Assembly (NCBI GenBank): GCA_010405405.1
Contig: MU004244.1
Span: forward strand, 995,895 to 1,059,894
Source: Microthyrium microscopicum
Taxonomy: Eukaryota
DNA: 64,000 bases
Reading direction: 5' to 3'
Part shown: positions 27,565-40,767 of the stretch, in pieces
How the letters are laid out: each line of letters begins with the position of its first letter
How positions within the stretch are numbered: the first letter of the stretch is position 1
Made by a program: the position numbers and the translations under genes
The notes under the pieces: model-generated
The model's database searches: none
What the model saw: only the letters and a program-made list of their open reading frames with translations
What the model was told of the DNA's origin: nothing

Positions 27565-28152
27565 AGCTGGGAAGCAAGCGAGTTCTGGTTTTAAATACTT
27601 ATGACTGGGTAGAATGAGATAGTGAGAAGGGAATGTGGGTTTTGCTTGATAATGTCGTTTTGGGTTTTGGGTGATGGCTGTTTGTATATAAGTTTTAGAG
27701 GGGGGAGGCGATGGGGATAGATACGGTGGTTAGTGGGTGAGTTAGAAATGATAGAAGAATCTCGCCAAAGAAAGCGATTTAAGGAGACAAAAGGCCAAGA
27801 ATGTTAATGGCATGCTCATCGAGTGCGATTTCTTCCATTGCATATTATGGGAAGAAGGAGCATGCGCTCTAACCCATCGACATCCTATAACCATATCATC
27901 ATACTCCTTAAAGCATAATTTAGGAAGTAAGAGAGTGTAGCAAAGGACTTTAGGATGTACGCCATTTACTTTATCCATCATTCGAAAGTCAAGGATGCAA
28001 TGTCTCAGAATATTTATATTTCATGGGCTAATCATGGCATCATACTTCTCGTAGTCTAAAACATCTACCAATGTTTAGCATCTATTCTTACCCCTTCAGG
28101 TCACGCAAAAATGCGTTCCTCGCTATATATACAATGGGCTGATGAATGATGA

Positions 28153-31100
28153 TCAACGATGCTGTGCAACGTGCGATTTCCTGTACGCCGTTTTCATTTC
28201 CGTGACTAGTTCCTCCATCCGGTACGGCTTGGTCGTTACGCCATCCATGCCTGCTTCCATTGCAGCGCGCACATGCTCGATTCGAACATTTGCGGTGACG
28301 GCGACTACGGCATGATGGCCCTTGAGGGAACCTGCTGCTTCCAGTTTCCTTATGTGACGAACACATGAGAGACCATCCATATGTGGCATCTCGATGTCCA
28401 TCAGTATGACATGGAAGGAATCCTCTGTGCCCCCGTCCACATAGGACGTCGTCTGATATAAGCGCTCCAAGGCCTCGCCTCCGTGGTTCGCCGTGACGAC
28501 ACAATACCCTCTCTTGATAAGCTGTTTCGCTAGCACCTTCTGATTAACCAGATTATCTTCCACGACAAGAATCTTGGCTATCTGCGAGGCATCTGCGCCA
28601 CCTGTCGTCGCGTCGGCGCCGTTGTTAATGATCAAGGAGCTGAGTCTACGCGTCAAATCTTTCGCTTCGAATGGATTGGCTTTCGGTGCTTCAACGACCT
28701 GCGTTTGCACGAAAAATGTGAATGTGGAACCCCGCCCTTCTTCGCTTGCGACGCCGATTTCGCCGCCCATCATCTCTGTGATCTGGCGCGATATGAAGAG
28801 GCCGAGCCCACTGCCGCCATACTGGACATGTGTTTTTGGCGATCCTTGGGCAAAGCGTTGAAATAGGCGGACTTTTTCATCAGGGCTGAGTCCTTTGCCG
28901 GTGTCAGTGACCGACACGGAGAGATATATAGTATTCTTATTAGTTTCGAGATGTTGGGTCCTGGCGGGCTGTTTTCGATTGATGTGTTGAGGGAAATAGT
29001 CAACAGTGGAATTCACGGTAGGGCGGGTGGTGGAAGCGGCAATTTTCAAAGTAATGTGTCTTGTTTTGCGGTCGCGGGTGAATTTTATGGCGTTGGTAAT
29101 CAAGTTGATTAGGACTTGGAGGAGCCGACTTGGATCGAGTAGAATCCAGTCGACATTGAGTTGTTGAAGAGATTCATCCAAAATGACGGATGTTTCTATT
29201 TGGGCGGTTTTGAGCTCGCCTTCGAAGAGTTTGAAAGCTTCTTTGGCGGTGTTGGCGGGTTGGAGAGGGACGGGAGATATGGTCAAAAGGTCTGAATCCA
29301 GTTTTGAGAGAGTCAGAACGTCGTCTACAACGCGTTTTTGGTGCTGGACGCAGTGGACAATGGTTTGTGAAGCATCAATAGCACTTTCTAGTAGGCTATT
29401 GAGTGAAGGCTGAAAGGTTTGTTGAAAGTTTGGTGATGCGATGGCGGTGAGACTTTCAGCCATGGATCTATCGATCTCTTCTGCGCAGTGAAGTACAGCG
29501 GACAACGGGTTGCGTATCTCATGCGATATCATCTGAGCTTTGTCAGTATTCAATGTGCGAAGCTCCTCGAAGTAACATACATCAATAAAGTTTTCCTGTT
29601 GGCGTTTTAGTTCGAGGGCTTCCTTCATTTTCGTGTTAAGGCCTTTAGCCACCGCTTTTTGCATGGAAATTTCCGTTATCCAACATACAACGTTCTTTAG
29701 TTCACCGGCCCTATTCAGTTCACCATACCCTGACGCAAGTATCCAGGCCGTGTCGTGGTTCAATCCGGGCTTCTGGCCAGGCATATCCCATGGCCGCTTC
29801 AATCTAGCTTCAACAGTAAGAGGACCCTTACCACTAACAATATCATCAAAAAATTGTTCCATTTTGACATAATCGTCAGGGTGAACAGCTTGAAGCCATG
29901 GTCGAGGAGTCTCCCAGTCAGCTTCTTGATCAAGTATATTGAGCCTTTGAAATATCAGTAAATGTTTTGTAACATATGGAGTTTAGCACCTACCATGCTG
30001 GATTGGTATATTCTATCATGCCAATCGAACTGATGAGAGCGACGCCAATCGGTGCATGATCTGCAAAGGTTCGATACTTGACCTCACTTTGCTCTAGTTC
30101 CCGCGATCGTAACCGGACTTCGTTCTCGATCCATTTAAGCTCACTGATATCCATGGAAAGAGCTGTAGCTCCCACGAGTTTGCCGTCGTCGTCTAGTTGT
30201 GGATAGGCTGTGCAAAGACCGGTTTTGTAGTCGGCTTCCATGAGGCCATGCTCAACATTGTGCATACTGAAAGGTAGTTTTGTTCTAATTTGAAAGGTAT
30301 TTGCTGGTTTCAGAGCCAAAACTCTTGCCCATTCCTCACGTATGATATCTTCATCTTCGGGTACGACGCTATCCAGCATTGTTAAATAGTCAGAAACGCC
30401 AGGTATGTGCCCAGTGAAGGCTGTCCAAGCCGAGTTAGCGTATATTACCCGACCATCCAAGTCAGAGGTAGCGACTCCCACGTTCGCTAAGCTGGCAAAT
30501 TGCGCAAATCGATCTTCGCTTTCTTCGAACTCCTTCGTCCGTTGGCGTAGTTGATTCGATAGCTCGGCACGTTGAAGAGCAGAAGCTCTTGCATTGTGTT
30601 CACTTTGCTTGACCTCTTCAGCAAGTATCAGTTCCGAAAGGTGGCTAGTGATGTGCTTGGTGAGGAGATGGACATAATCCTGATAGTCGGAGTCATATTT
30701 TCTCCTGGGGTTCAAGCCTACCAGCATAAAACGAACAAGTGTGCCATTCCTAGTGCGAATGGGGTATAGGAGGAATTGTTCGCTTGGGACGCCAAATCCT
30801 CGCCAATTGGTGCTGCTGAATAGATTTGGCGGGAGCTCTTTTCGCTCCACCAATGTAGGCGAGTATTTGACACTTTCAATACACCCCTTATATATTGATC
30901 CAATTCCTGACTGATCATTGTGAAGATCAATCTTGGACAAAGACGCAATATCTTCATCGGAGACCCCCATCCATTGCTCGAGTATGCATGAGTCCACGCT
31001 ATCTGGTGACCCAGAGTCACCGGCCCTCTTGGTCACTGAATACATCATGAGAAGCGGGATATCTTTATCGTTCGGCTCCAGTCCCTTGAAAAGATTGGGC

Positions 31101-31732
31101 CAGAAGGTATCCATGCTCTTTGTGGCGGCCATCTGTGCTTCCAACTCATGTAAAGATGCCAAACGCCTGTTGCCAATCATTTCTTTCGAGACTTCAACGA
31201 CCGTCGCATAAGATGCTACAACGTATCCTTCGTTGCCAATCATTGGAACAAACTTCCAGGTGTAGTACGTCTCCTCGAGAAATCCAAAGCGATGGAACAA
31301 CAACATTTGGCGATCGCCAACATGCGTCAGACCGGTCTCTTGCCCGTCGCGAATGATCTTAGCAAAGGTGTCCCAGACTTCTGCAAATCCAATCTTGGGG
31401 TCCTGGCCTTGTAAATCAGGGTGCTTTTGGCCGATTAAAGGCACATAGGCTTCATTATAAACAATGGTGGTTTCGTCACCCCAGTAGACGACGGCAGGAA
31501 GCGGATCTGCCATGATAAGCAAGACCATTTGGCGCAACTGGGCGGGCCATTCCTCCATTGGGCCCAAAGGTGAGTTTGCCCAGTCGACATTGCGCGTAAA
31601 TTCTTGGAAGGGAGTAAGATTCGCGGGAGGAGGATTGCGAGTCCAGTCGAATCGAGGACGTGCCGGCGCATCGGCTGGAGAGACGGCATAGCGTTGAGGA
31701 GGGGAAGAAGGACTAATCGCCGGAGGGTTCAT
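28153..31732 (-). CDS. Hybrid sensor histidine kinase (PAS - HisKA - HATPase - receiver)
   Basis: N-terminal [15 protein letters not shown] and PAS-like repeats. H-box [12 protein letters not shown]-box [14 protein letters not shown] boxes DTGKG and [10 protein letters not shown], receiver [12 protein letters not shown]...[12 protein letters not shown]...KP. Introns 29993-29945 and 29580-29533. Confidence 0.95.
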
Positions 31733-32723
31733 GCTGTATTATGCGCATAGTTGTACCATGCAACTAGTAAACATAATATCGAAGGGAGAGAAGTAGCATG
31801 TTGTTGTACGTTGTAGTTTTTTGAGATGCTTTGGGAGGTTTTGCTGGGAAGTGAATAGCAGGGTCTAGATTTCTGGGTCCAGATTTCTGGGTACGTTGAG
31901 CCAGGTTTTCGGGATGATCCTTATTTAAAGTCAAACATATATCTCAATTTTTCAAAGGTCTAGATCGCTCTCAAAATTTAATATTGAAAAGAAAACAAAG
32001 AACTTGAAGACGCAAGTCTGGAGTACTCTAAGGGAAAATCAAGACAAAAATGGTAAAAATGAAAGAAGAATTGTGAAGAAATGTATTATGACGCGTTCCA
32101 ATAATGTGAAGGAACGTTACTCTATGTCTACGATATCCACACCTGGTGCTTCTTTCGTTTTCTGTGCCATCTTCAAATCTACTTACTCTTCAAGTTAGGT
32201 AGGTAAGAGTAGAGTATTCTAACTGCTTATACCGTAGAAACATTCCACAGCTTTTCCTTTTCTACTCTTATCATTGCACACAAATCCTAGGTCATCAAGT
32301 TCCAAAATGCAGCCAAAAGAGACTTGGCTCCTCTTTTACTTGACCCCGAGCAGTGAACACAATAGAGTAACACAAAGATATTTCTAAAATCCTTCTTCAT
32401 GGATGCCAGTGTTCGGTACATATATTAGGTACCTACCTAACCTATTCGAGTAGCTGCTCATATTTTTGGGCTTGCTCTCAGGCCTTCGAATCTGCAATAT
32501 CTTGTGCCTCCTCATGGTATCAATACTTCTACTAGTTGGCAGGCCTATGATATTGCGTGACAAGTCAATTGCTCGCGCAAGATTGCATGCAGTTTTCATG
32601 GTGATAATTTAGACCAGATCAAGTCCTCATCCGCTCTCGCATAAGCTTCACTGACAACCGCCCTCCCCACTTTGAGTATATGAGAAATAAAGAAAACATC
32701 TTATACTTAACAACTTCGAGAAA

Positions 32724-34648
32724 ATGGAACGCCCTTCATCATCCGGTCAAACTGAGGATTATGAGCTATCCATTCCCATTGAAGCTAGAACCGGATTACG
32801 ACAAGGTTTAACATCATATGGCGACGCCCACTTCTCGCTGTTTCTCCGAAAAGTGTTAATCAAGGCTCTCGGATACTCGGAAGATGCTCTCTCCAGACCA
32901 ATTATTGGAATTATCAACACCTACTCAAGTTTCAATCCATGCCATGCCAACGTTCCACAACTCATTGAAGCCGCAAAGCGTGGAGTACATCTCAATGGGG
33001 GAATTGCAATAGATTTCCCTACCATTAGTGTGCATGAGTCATTTGCACATCCGACGAGCATGTTTTTGAGGAATTTGATGAGTATGGATACAGAGGAAAT
33101 GATTAAAGCTCAGCCGGTTGACGCTTGTATCATGATTGGCGGTATATATCTTTATCACAACCTTTTTTCCCATATAGTACTAACATTGAAAAGGTTGTGA
33201 TAAAACAGTGCCAGCTCAGTTGATGGGTGCTCTATCTGCAGACAAGCCTGTGCTTCCACTGATAACTGGTCCAATGATGCCAGGCAGTCATCGAGGAAAG
33301 CGAATAGGGGCATGCACAGATTGCCGCAACAACTGGGCTGCTTTCAGAGCGGGCGATATTGATATCGAAGAGATATCAGAACTCAATGAAGAACTCGCGC
33401 CAACTGTACGCTTCACCACACGCATCTTTCTTGTGTGCGCTTTTTTAACCTATTCTTCAGGCAGGGACTTGTGGTGTCATGGGAACTGCATCTACTATGG
33501 CATGCATAACAGCAGCTTTGGGTTTAATGCCCTTAAGAGGCGCTTCTGCACCGGCTGTGTCATCTTCTCGACTTCGCATTGCTGAAGAGACGGGAGCTCG
33601 GGCTGTTCAGATGCTTCAATCCGATTCACCGAAAACCTTACAGTCAATCCTTAGCAAAGAGTCATTTTTAAATGCAATTACCGTGCTTCAAGCTATTGGA
33701 GGTTCGACAAATGTCATTGTCCATTTAATGGCGATCATAAATCGACACCCTTTACTTCAAGGAGAGATCACTTTGGATACATTCGATGAAATCGGCCGCC
33801 AAACACCTCTATTGGTAGACTTGAAACCAAGCGGCGACAACTACATGACTGATTTTCATAATGCTGGAGGCATGTTGGCACTTCTCCAAAACTTGCGCCC
33901 TCTGCTTCATCTGTCTGCTAAAACAATCACTGGAGAAACATTAGGAGACCTTTTGGATGCGACTCCCCATCGCTCATTTGAATCAACGATAATACGACCT
34001 CTAACCAACCCTCTATATGTTGCCTCGTCTCTAGTGGTGCTACGCGGTAATCTAGCACCAAATGGCTGTGTAGCGAAGGCATCTGCGTCCAAAGATCGCA
34101 CTCTTCTAAACCATCGAGGCCAGGCAGTGGTATTCGAAAACTCTACAGATATGGCGCTGAGACTCGATAGTCCAGATCTACCAGTCACACGAGACTCCGT
34201 ACTAATACTGAAGGGAATTGGACCTATTGGTAACCCGGGGATGCCAGAATCCGGGCTAATACCGATTCCTCGCAAACTAGCATCACAAGGTGTGACCGAC
34301 ATGTTGCGGATATCTGATGGTCGAATGTCGGGAACGGCTGGTGGAACCATAGTACTACATGTATCTCCCGAGGCTGCTATCCCGGACAGTCCGTTTGGAA
34401 TCGTCATGGATGGCGACTGGATTCGACTTGATGTCGATAAGCGAGAGCTTGTCCTGGAAGTCGAGGAAGCGGAAATCAAAAGACGAATACAAAGGAGGGT
34501 CCAGCAAATCGAGGGTTCTACTGGTCCCAATGCTCCAACTTGGGTTGCTCGAAAGAGTCGACGCGGCTATCGAGGACTTTATGAGAGAACGGTAAATCAG
34601 GCTCACGAGGGAGCTGATTTTGACTTTTTGACTGCACATGGCCCATGA
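32724..34648 (+). CDS. IlvD/Edd-family dehydratase (not an Ilv3-like mitochondrial form)
   Basis: NPCH, GGCDKT (across intron 33142-33193), GTCGVMGTASTM (after intron 33407-33460), IGGSTN, ISDGRMSGT and LHVSPE. Confidence 0.92.
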
Positions 34649-34989
34649 AATCTTCAATGCGATAAGCGTTATTTTTTGTATCCAATTATAACCGACAAGA
34701 AATGTGTGGGAACTTTGTTGCGCATCATTATGTCTTTCATAGCGTCTAGGCCCTGGAGTCATACTATAATGGCATCATTAGCATGTATGCTGTACGCGTC
34801 GATGACTTTCCGAGAGCGACTAATTCAGTTATGAGAGAAATTAGCGATTGAATACCGGTGCCGAGATCCCTTGAGACGTCGCCGAACTCATATACAAGGG
34901 ATTTTGTAAATAAATAGAACCTATGCATGGCAGACCTTATGTTCCCTCTTTCTATCAACATCAACAAGCTGAACACCCGACCTCTAAGT

Positions 34990-35243
34990 TCAGCGACTCA
35001 TCTTGTCTATTCCTGGCTTGACCATGTGCATGAAGCACATGTGAGTAGACTCAGGGAAAGACTCCTTTGTCGTTGGACTGCATCTCACATTCGTCCCAGC
35101 CCTTGCGTCGCATTGCTTGAATTCTTCGTTCTTCGTGCACCCGCAACTGTATTTGTGGATAAGGATCTCACAACTTATAGCATGCGCATGAGAACAAGCA
35201 CCTGACAAAAAGTATTGGCAACTTCGAATGCTGCCAACCCCAT
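34990..35243 (-). CDS. Small Cys/His-rich protein (about 62 aa)
   Basis: ATGGG|GTTGGC...ATAAG| splice gives MGCEILIHKYSCGCTKNEEFKQCDARAGTNVRC...HMCFMH. The first exon is tentative. Confidence 0.55.
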
Positions 35244-35380
35244 AGTCACCATCAGGCTGAAACAGTTCATTGTGAGGCACGCTAAACATTTCGCTTGATC
35301 ACTTCGCACTAGGCTCTTTCTGGATTAGTATCACGTTGAATCTCGACATCAATTCTCGAGCAATCCTGTCTTGCCTGTTC

Positions 35381-37137
35381 ATGATCCAACAACCTACAAA
35401 GATCATGGGGCTGCATGCCAACTGGACACAAAGTTCCAGTTCTCTTCTCAGAGCGCTGAGACTGGGATGGAAGCCCAGTTCGTGCCAAAAGCGCGCAAAG
35501 GGAACTTTTATGAGACCTCTTCCACCACCTCGGCCTGAACCGCCTGAAGTCGAATTCATCTATTTCCGTGGTGTGCGACGCGCTGTTAAGGAGCCGTCTA
35601 AAAACCCTGGACATTTCAATGGAATTCAACGTCTGATAGGAGGACACAAAGGGCTATCGCCAATTCATACAGCGATCGTAGCTTTCGGTAGTAATCTTGG
35701 GGACCGCGTTGCAACCATTGAAAATGCATGTCGCAAGATCAACGGCTTGCCTACTACCAAGTTGGTACGATCGTCGTGTATTTATGAGACCAAGGCTATG
35801 TATGTGACTGATCAAGCAGATTTCTTGAACGGTGTATGCGAAGTGGGTAATATCCTGATGCTGGTTTTATGTAGTAGGTTATCTTGCTAAGTGGGAATAG
35901 GTTAAAACCAGATTGAGTCCTCTTGGACTACTTGACGGTCTGCAGTCCATAGAGAAGGAACTCAAACGAGTGAAAGTTATTGACAAGGGGCCGAGGACCA
36001 TTGATCTTGATATTCTGCTTTATGGTGATTCAGTATTCCATCATGAACGGTTGGATATTCCACATAAGCTTATGCTGGAACGAGAATTCGTCCTCCGACC
36101 ACTTTGCGAGTATGTCATCATTTCTTTTCATTGTAAGAGCACTTCACTAATCTTGCCGGTTTAGTTTGATTCCAGAGAAAAGTCACCCACTTCATCAAGA
36201 CAACACTTTTCTTTCCCACCTAAACACCCTCTCATCAAACTCCCTTGCGCCCCTAACTTTCCTAAGCTCTGAACTACCCATCCCCAACGCAGTCTCCCCA
36301 GGACGCCCTCCTGTGGTTATGGGCATTCTAAACGTCACACCCGACTCCTTCTCAGACGGTGGCATACACGACCCAACCGACCAAGACCAACTTCAGCAAA
36401 CGATATCCAACATGCTCGACTCTGGCGCCACCATCATCGACATTGGCGGTGAATCAACCCGACCCGGCAGTGAACCCATAGACGAAGACGAAGAAACCCG
36501 TCGCATTCTCCCCGCCGTCCGTACAGCTGTCGCCCTGTGCTTCAACCGCAAAGCTATCGTATCTGTAGATACCTACCGCGCAACTGTAGCCAACGCTGCT
36601 CTGATCGCAGGCGCACACATGATCAACGACGTAACCTGCGCGCGCAATGACTATCTATTGAAAGCGGTGGCAGAACACGATGCTTCATATGTGCTGATGC
36701 ACTCGCGGGGGACAGCGAAGACCATGTTCTCGGAGAAGCATACAGACTATGGAGATGATATAGTCGCTACTGTGGGAGCGGAGCTTTTGAAGGGCGTGGA
36801 GAAGGCGCAGAGGCTAGGGGTTAGAAGGTGGCGCATCGTGTTGGATCCGGGATTTGGGTTTGCAAAGACTGCTGAGCAGAATGTGGAGTTGCTGGAGAGG
36901 TTTGATGAGCTCAAGGCGTACCCGGGACTGGAGTCGTTTCCGTGGCTGGTGGGGATTAGTCGCAAGAAATTTGTTAGGGGACTGGCGGGCTTGAATGAGG
37001 AAAAGTGGGATAATGACGGTGCGGATGAAGGGACGATGCAGGTACTAGATAAGTATCTCAGTGGGAAGGTGGACATTCACAGGGTTCATGGACCGCTGGT
37101 GGCCAAATTGGCTCAATCCTCAGTGGAGGCATCGTGA
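35381..37137 (+). CDS. FOL1: Folic acid synthesis protein, HPPK-DHPS fusion
   Basis: HPPK motifs AFGSNLGDR, FLNG and KGPRTIDLDILLY. DHPS motifs MGILNVTPDSFSDGG, DIGGESTRPGS, DPGFGFAK and SRK. Two introns; the start codon is uncertain. Confidence 0.93.
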
Positions 37138-37223
37138 TATGCTAGAATAGCTAAGATCAGTGAGCGCTTGGCAGAGAGACACTTGGATGCTCGTGTGTAT
37201 ATATAGTTGTGTATCAATTAGGC

Positions 37224-39014
37224 TTAGCCATAGACAAGCACCGAGCCGCTCTCCTTTCGTCGATGTGACAGACCATCATCTGGAAGAGGTGATATAGAAC
37301 CAACTCTTTCAAGTTCGTTCTCGTCTCCTTTCTCTTCAAGGCCTTCGAAGAGCATAAACTTCTCGCCTTTTGCCTCTGTTCCCCATGGAACAATATACCC
37401 ACCTTGCACTTCGCAATCATCCAGCTCGCTCTTCTCATCTCCCTTCCGTGGCCCACCCTCTACTTTGCAGCGGGGACCAAGTACGCAGTTGGTGAGCGTG
37501 ACGTTGTCGCCAATCATAGCGTTGTCCATGATCAAGCATTTAGTCAACCGTACGCCTTCACCAATGGTGCATCCGACTCCAATGACAGATTCCTTGATAC
37601 CACACTTCTCGCCGATTGTGACGTTTTCGGCTAGTAGACAGGTATCTGCCTCAACTCGAGTGATTCTGGGAACGCTGTCGGGATGTGCGATTTTGAGAGG
37701 ATGGGCGAGTGGTGATGGAGTAGCACCTTTTTCAAGTGTGCTTGTGGCCGGTAGCCGGGCAATCCGGAGAGATGTTGCCAGTAATGAGGCTTTAGTGTCA
37801 ACGCGTTTGATGACTGGTGCGGAAGGAAGGGCCTCATGGATATATGCCATGATGGGAGGTATTGAAAGGGACTTTTGGGTTTTGGAGACGTTAGGTACTT
37901 TGCTGTAAGAGACTGTGCTGCTATACTCAGCAACATCGAGATCGTCTTCTTCTTCGCTTGGCCCGGGGGAGCCTTCATCTGACCCGCTGTTCTTCTCAGA
38001 GCCTTGGTTATCAGTAAAACCTAGAATATCTCTAAATCCAAGCTTCTCTGCTAAACCGGGCTGCCAGGTTGCTTTTGCCCACCATCCTAGGACATCCTCG
38101 CTGATGCTCTCGAACCGTTCATCCTGCATCAACTCAAGTGACCAGAAAGGAAAGAGATATACATGCGAATCCCGTACTGAGGACCGCACGTTTATTCGTC
38201 CAAATTCGCGGAGTAGGGAATGTCGAACAGCATACAGCTTCTTCTCTTCCAACACATCATTTAACGAGTCTTTTGGCATCGCAGACACTAATTTCGACAC
38301 CTTTGATCTTATGGAGTTGTTGGGTAGTGGGACAACCGGTTTTGTCGGGGGTACAGTAATAATGAAGTCAGTTTCTTCGCCTTTGAGCGCGGCCTCGCCT
38401 TTAGTATCATACCACATGCCCATAGCACCTCGCCGAGCTATGCTTTCTCCCCCACATTCCATAGGGACTGGTAGGTTTGTATCACGATCTAAACCACCGG
38501 TTGCGCCTCCTAGTCCAGCTTGAAGCACCATCCATTCCTGTAAAAGTGCTGTGCCGTCTAATTCTGAGACTAAATCGCATGGCAATACGATAAAATCTTC
38601 CTTGATCGCATCTTTTACTTCTTTTTGTCGGAACACGTCGCCAGTTCCACTCGTATTTGTGAGTTCTGTTGGGGCTAAGATGGTCGGCCGAGGTGATGGG
38701 AGGCTTGTGAGGTGTGGGTTTTGCTGAAGGGCCGCCTCCAACGCAGGCTTTGATTCAGGCGGTGTGATTATGAATATGTCTATGATAATGTTAGCATAAG
38801 ATCAACAGAAATGGTGAAAGGCGCATGGACGCATACCTGATATCCCCATCCGGTAGCACCAGTCGAGCGGATACCATACCATAGGCCGGTTGGCTATGGG
38901 TACGATTGCTTTTGGAAATTCGACAGGATCGGATGTGAAGGTATCCAGTGAGGCCCCCGGTCCACACAGAATAAAGGCCTGAAAGCCCGGTGAGGGTAGA
39001 GTTGCGTGTGGCAT
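37224..39014 (-). CDS. GCD1: Translation initiation factor eIF2B gamma subunit
   Basis: GFQAFILCGPG...PKAIVPIANRPMVWYPLDWC, DFIVLPCDL, RDSHVYLFP and C-terminal hexapeptide beta-helix repeats. Intron 38836-38780. Confidence 0.9.
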
Positions 39015-39484
39015 GATGACGGACAGTACGTCAAGGCAACTTCTGAGATGGAGTTGGTGGGAGGAAGTTGGGGTTATGAGTGTCGAGATGGCATATTAAA
39101 GGGTGTGTGAATAGGAGGAGAAAGTGAACTATGGTACGATATATATTATGACTGTGATGTGACTTCGAAGTTCAAAGTCAAGAGAATATGGCAGGTTTAG
39201 GGCAACCAATCAAAGCCAGAACATGTCAGCTAGCGTATTTTGGCCAGCTTCCCTTCCCTGCTCAATCAACATTGAACAGAACAACAAACCATACAGCCCA
39301 GCCCAGCAACAAACAACTCCTTTGTATAAGCTTCTTGTTTGCCCGTTTGCCAAACAGAAGCCCCAGTAAACAATAAAGTCACCACTTCAGAGCTACTCGA
39401 GCACCACAAACACAACTCGAGCCACCCTTGGACAGCACCCCCTCCCAGCCACCGCGCTTCATACATAAATACCTCCATGTGAAT

Positions 39485-40767
39485 ATGGCCGGCTTCTCCT
39501 ACGATCGCTACGATTCGCGCCGGCGCGTCGCCTCTTCCCGCCGCTCCTCTCACACCATTCTCGGATTCTGGGTTCCCGTTCTCGTCACCACCACTCTCGC
39601 TGCCGGCGCTATCACCGCCTGGGTTTTCCGCGCGCGCGACGATCACGACTCGACTTCCAATTCGGAGGATGACGAACATTTGAGCTATGGCGGCGATACG
39701 GACCGCGAAGAACACAGGGGTGGTATCCGCCCACCTAGCTATGGTGTCAGTGAGGGTGTGGTGAGAGAGGATAGCAGTTTATTGGGAAGAGTGCAGTCGA
39801 CGATTCGAAGAAGTCCGAGTCCGCAGCAGCTGTACGATGGCGCGACCAAACGTGTGGCTGCGGGCGTCGCGGCGGTGGGCGCTGTTGCGGGAAGTGCATT
39901 GAGTGCGATTCGTGAGGATCGGGAAGATGATTTTGCGGACCATGAACGGTGGGGAGAGGCGAGGGGGCAGGCGGGAAAGAGGGCTGTAGGGAGCGCGGGT
40001 GGGAAGAGGAGGAACATTGCGATTGTAGTGAGTGCGGAGGAGGGTATGATGCCAATGGAGGAGGAAGAAGATCGTGGGTGGAAGAGTGAGCATGCGGTAT
40101 GTTTTACCTTGACATACAATGGTGGCCTTTTGCTAATCTGTTTTAGTCGCTTTTGTCGCATATCCCACAGATGGACCCAGCGACAACGAATCTGTTGATC
40201 CTGATTTATGCGCCGCGTTATCAACCACATGCATCAACTGGCGCACAGGGTGCAAAGCCATTAAGTTCGTTGGCTTCGTCATACAGCGCAATAAACACTC
40301 CGGCTGTCACACCTGGTGAGGAGTTGCATTCTATCGACCCAATGCCAGTCACTCCGGCACTCAGTGCGCGGTCTTCAGGATCGTCTTTTTACGACATGCT
40401 ACACAAACAAGCGTCTCGTCTTGTCAGCGACCAAGTCAATATCATGCCATTCAGCACTCCTTCCGGGCACGTTCATATGCTCAAACATCTGAGTCCTGCC
40501 GTAGTCTACATCGCAGACTCGCTTGCGGGTCCAAGCGGTAAATACATTGAGGACATTCGTGGCTGGGTAGGCCAGATTGTTGTCGTAGTCGGTGGAGATG
40601 GTGCAGGACTTGTTGATGACACTGAAGACGAAGGTCCTGGAGCTGAAGGAAAGGGCAAGCAATGGTGGGAGACAAGTCAGAGCGTCGGTCTAGGGAAGGG
40701 AATTGAGGTTGTCGAGGCCGTCAGAGTCGGCGATGACTGGGAGCGCAGAGTTGGCGGTAGAGACTAA
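39485..40767 (+). CDS. Pex22-like peroxisomal membrane protein of filamentous fungi
   Basis: Arg-rich N-terminus followed by a single TM segment (LGFWVPVLVTTTLAAGAITAWVF). GHVHMLKHLSP and WW...VGLGKGIEVV...DDWERRV. Intron 40097-40146. Confidence 0.7.

Noticed and set aside
33907..38523. Long antisense ORFs over the dehydratase and eIF2B-gamma genes (207 and 202 aa)
   Set aside because: Shadow ORFs of sense-strand codon usage with no motifs of their own.
15187..40767. FAA1, farA and the Pex22-like gene as a fatty-acid gene cluster
   Set aside because: They are interspersed with unrelated genes, and the only CCGAGG I found within about 1 kb upstream of FAA1 (14184-14189) lies inside RKM5 coding sequence.
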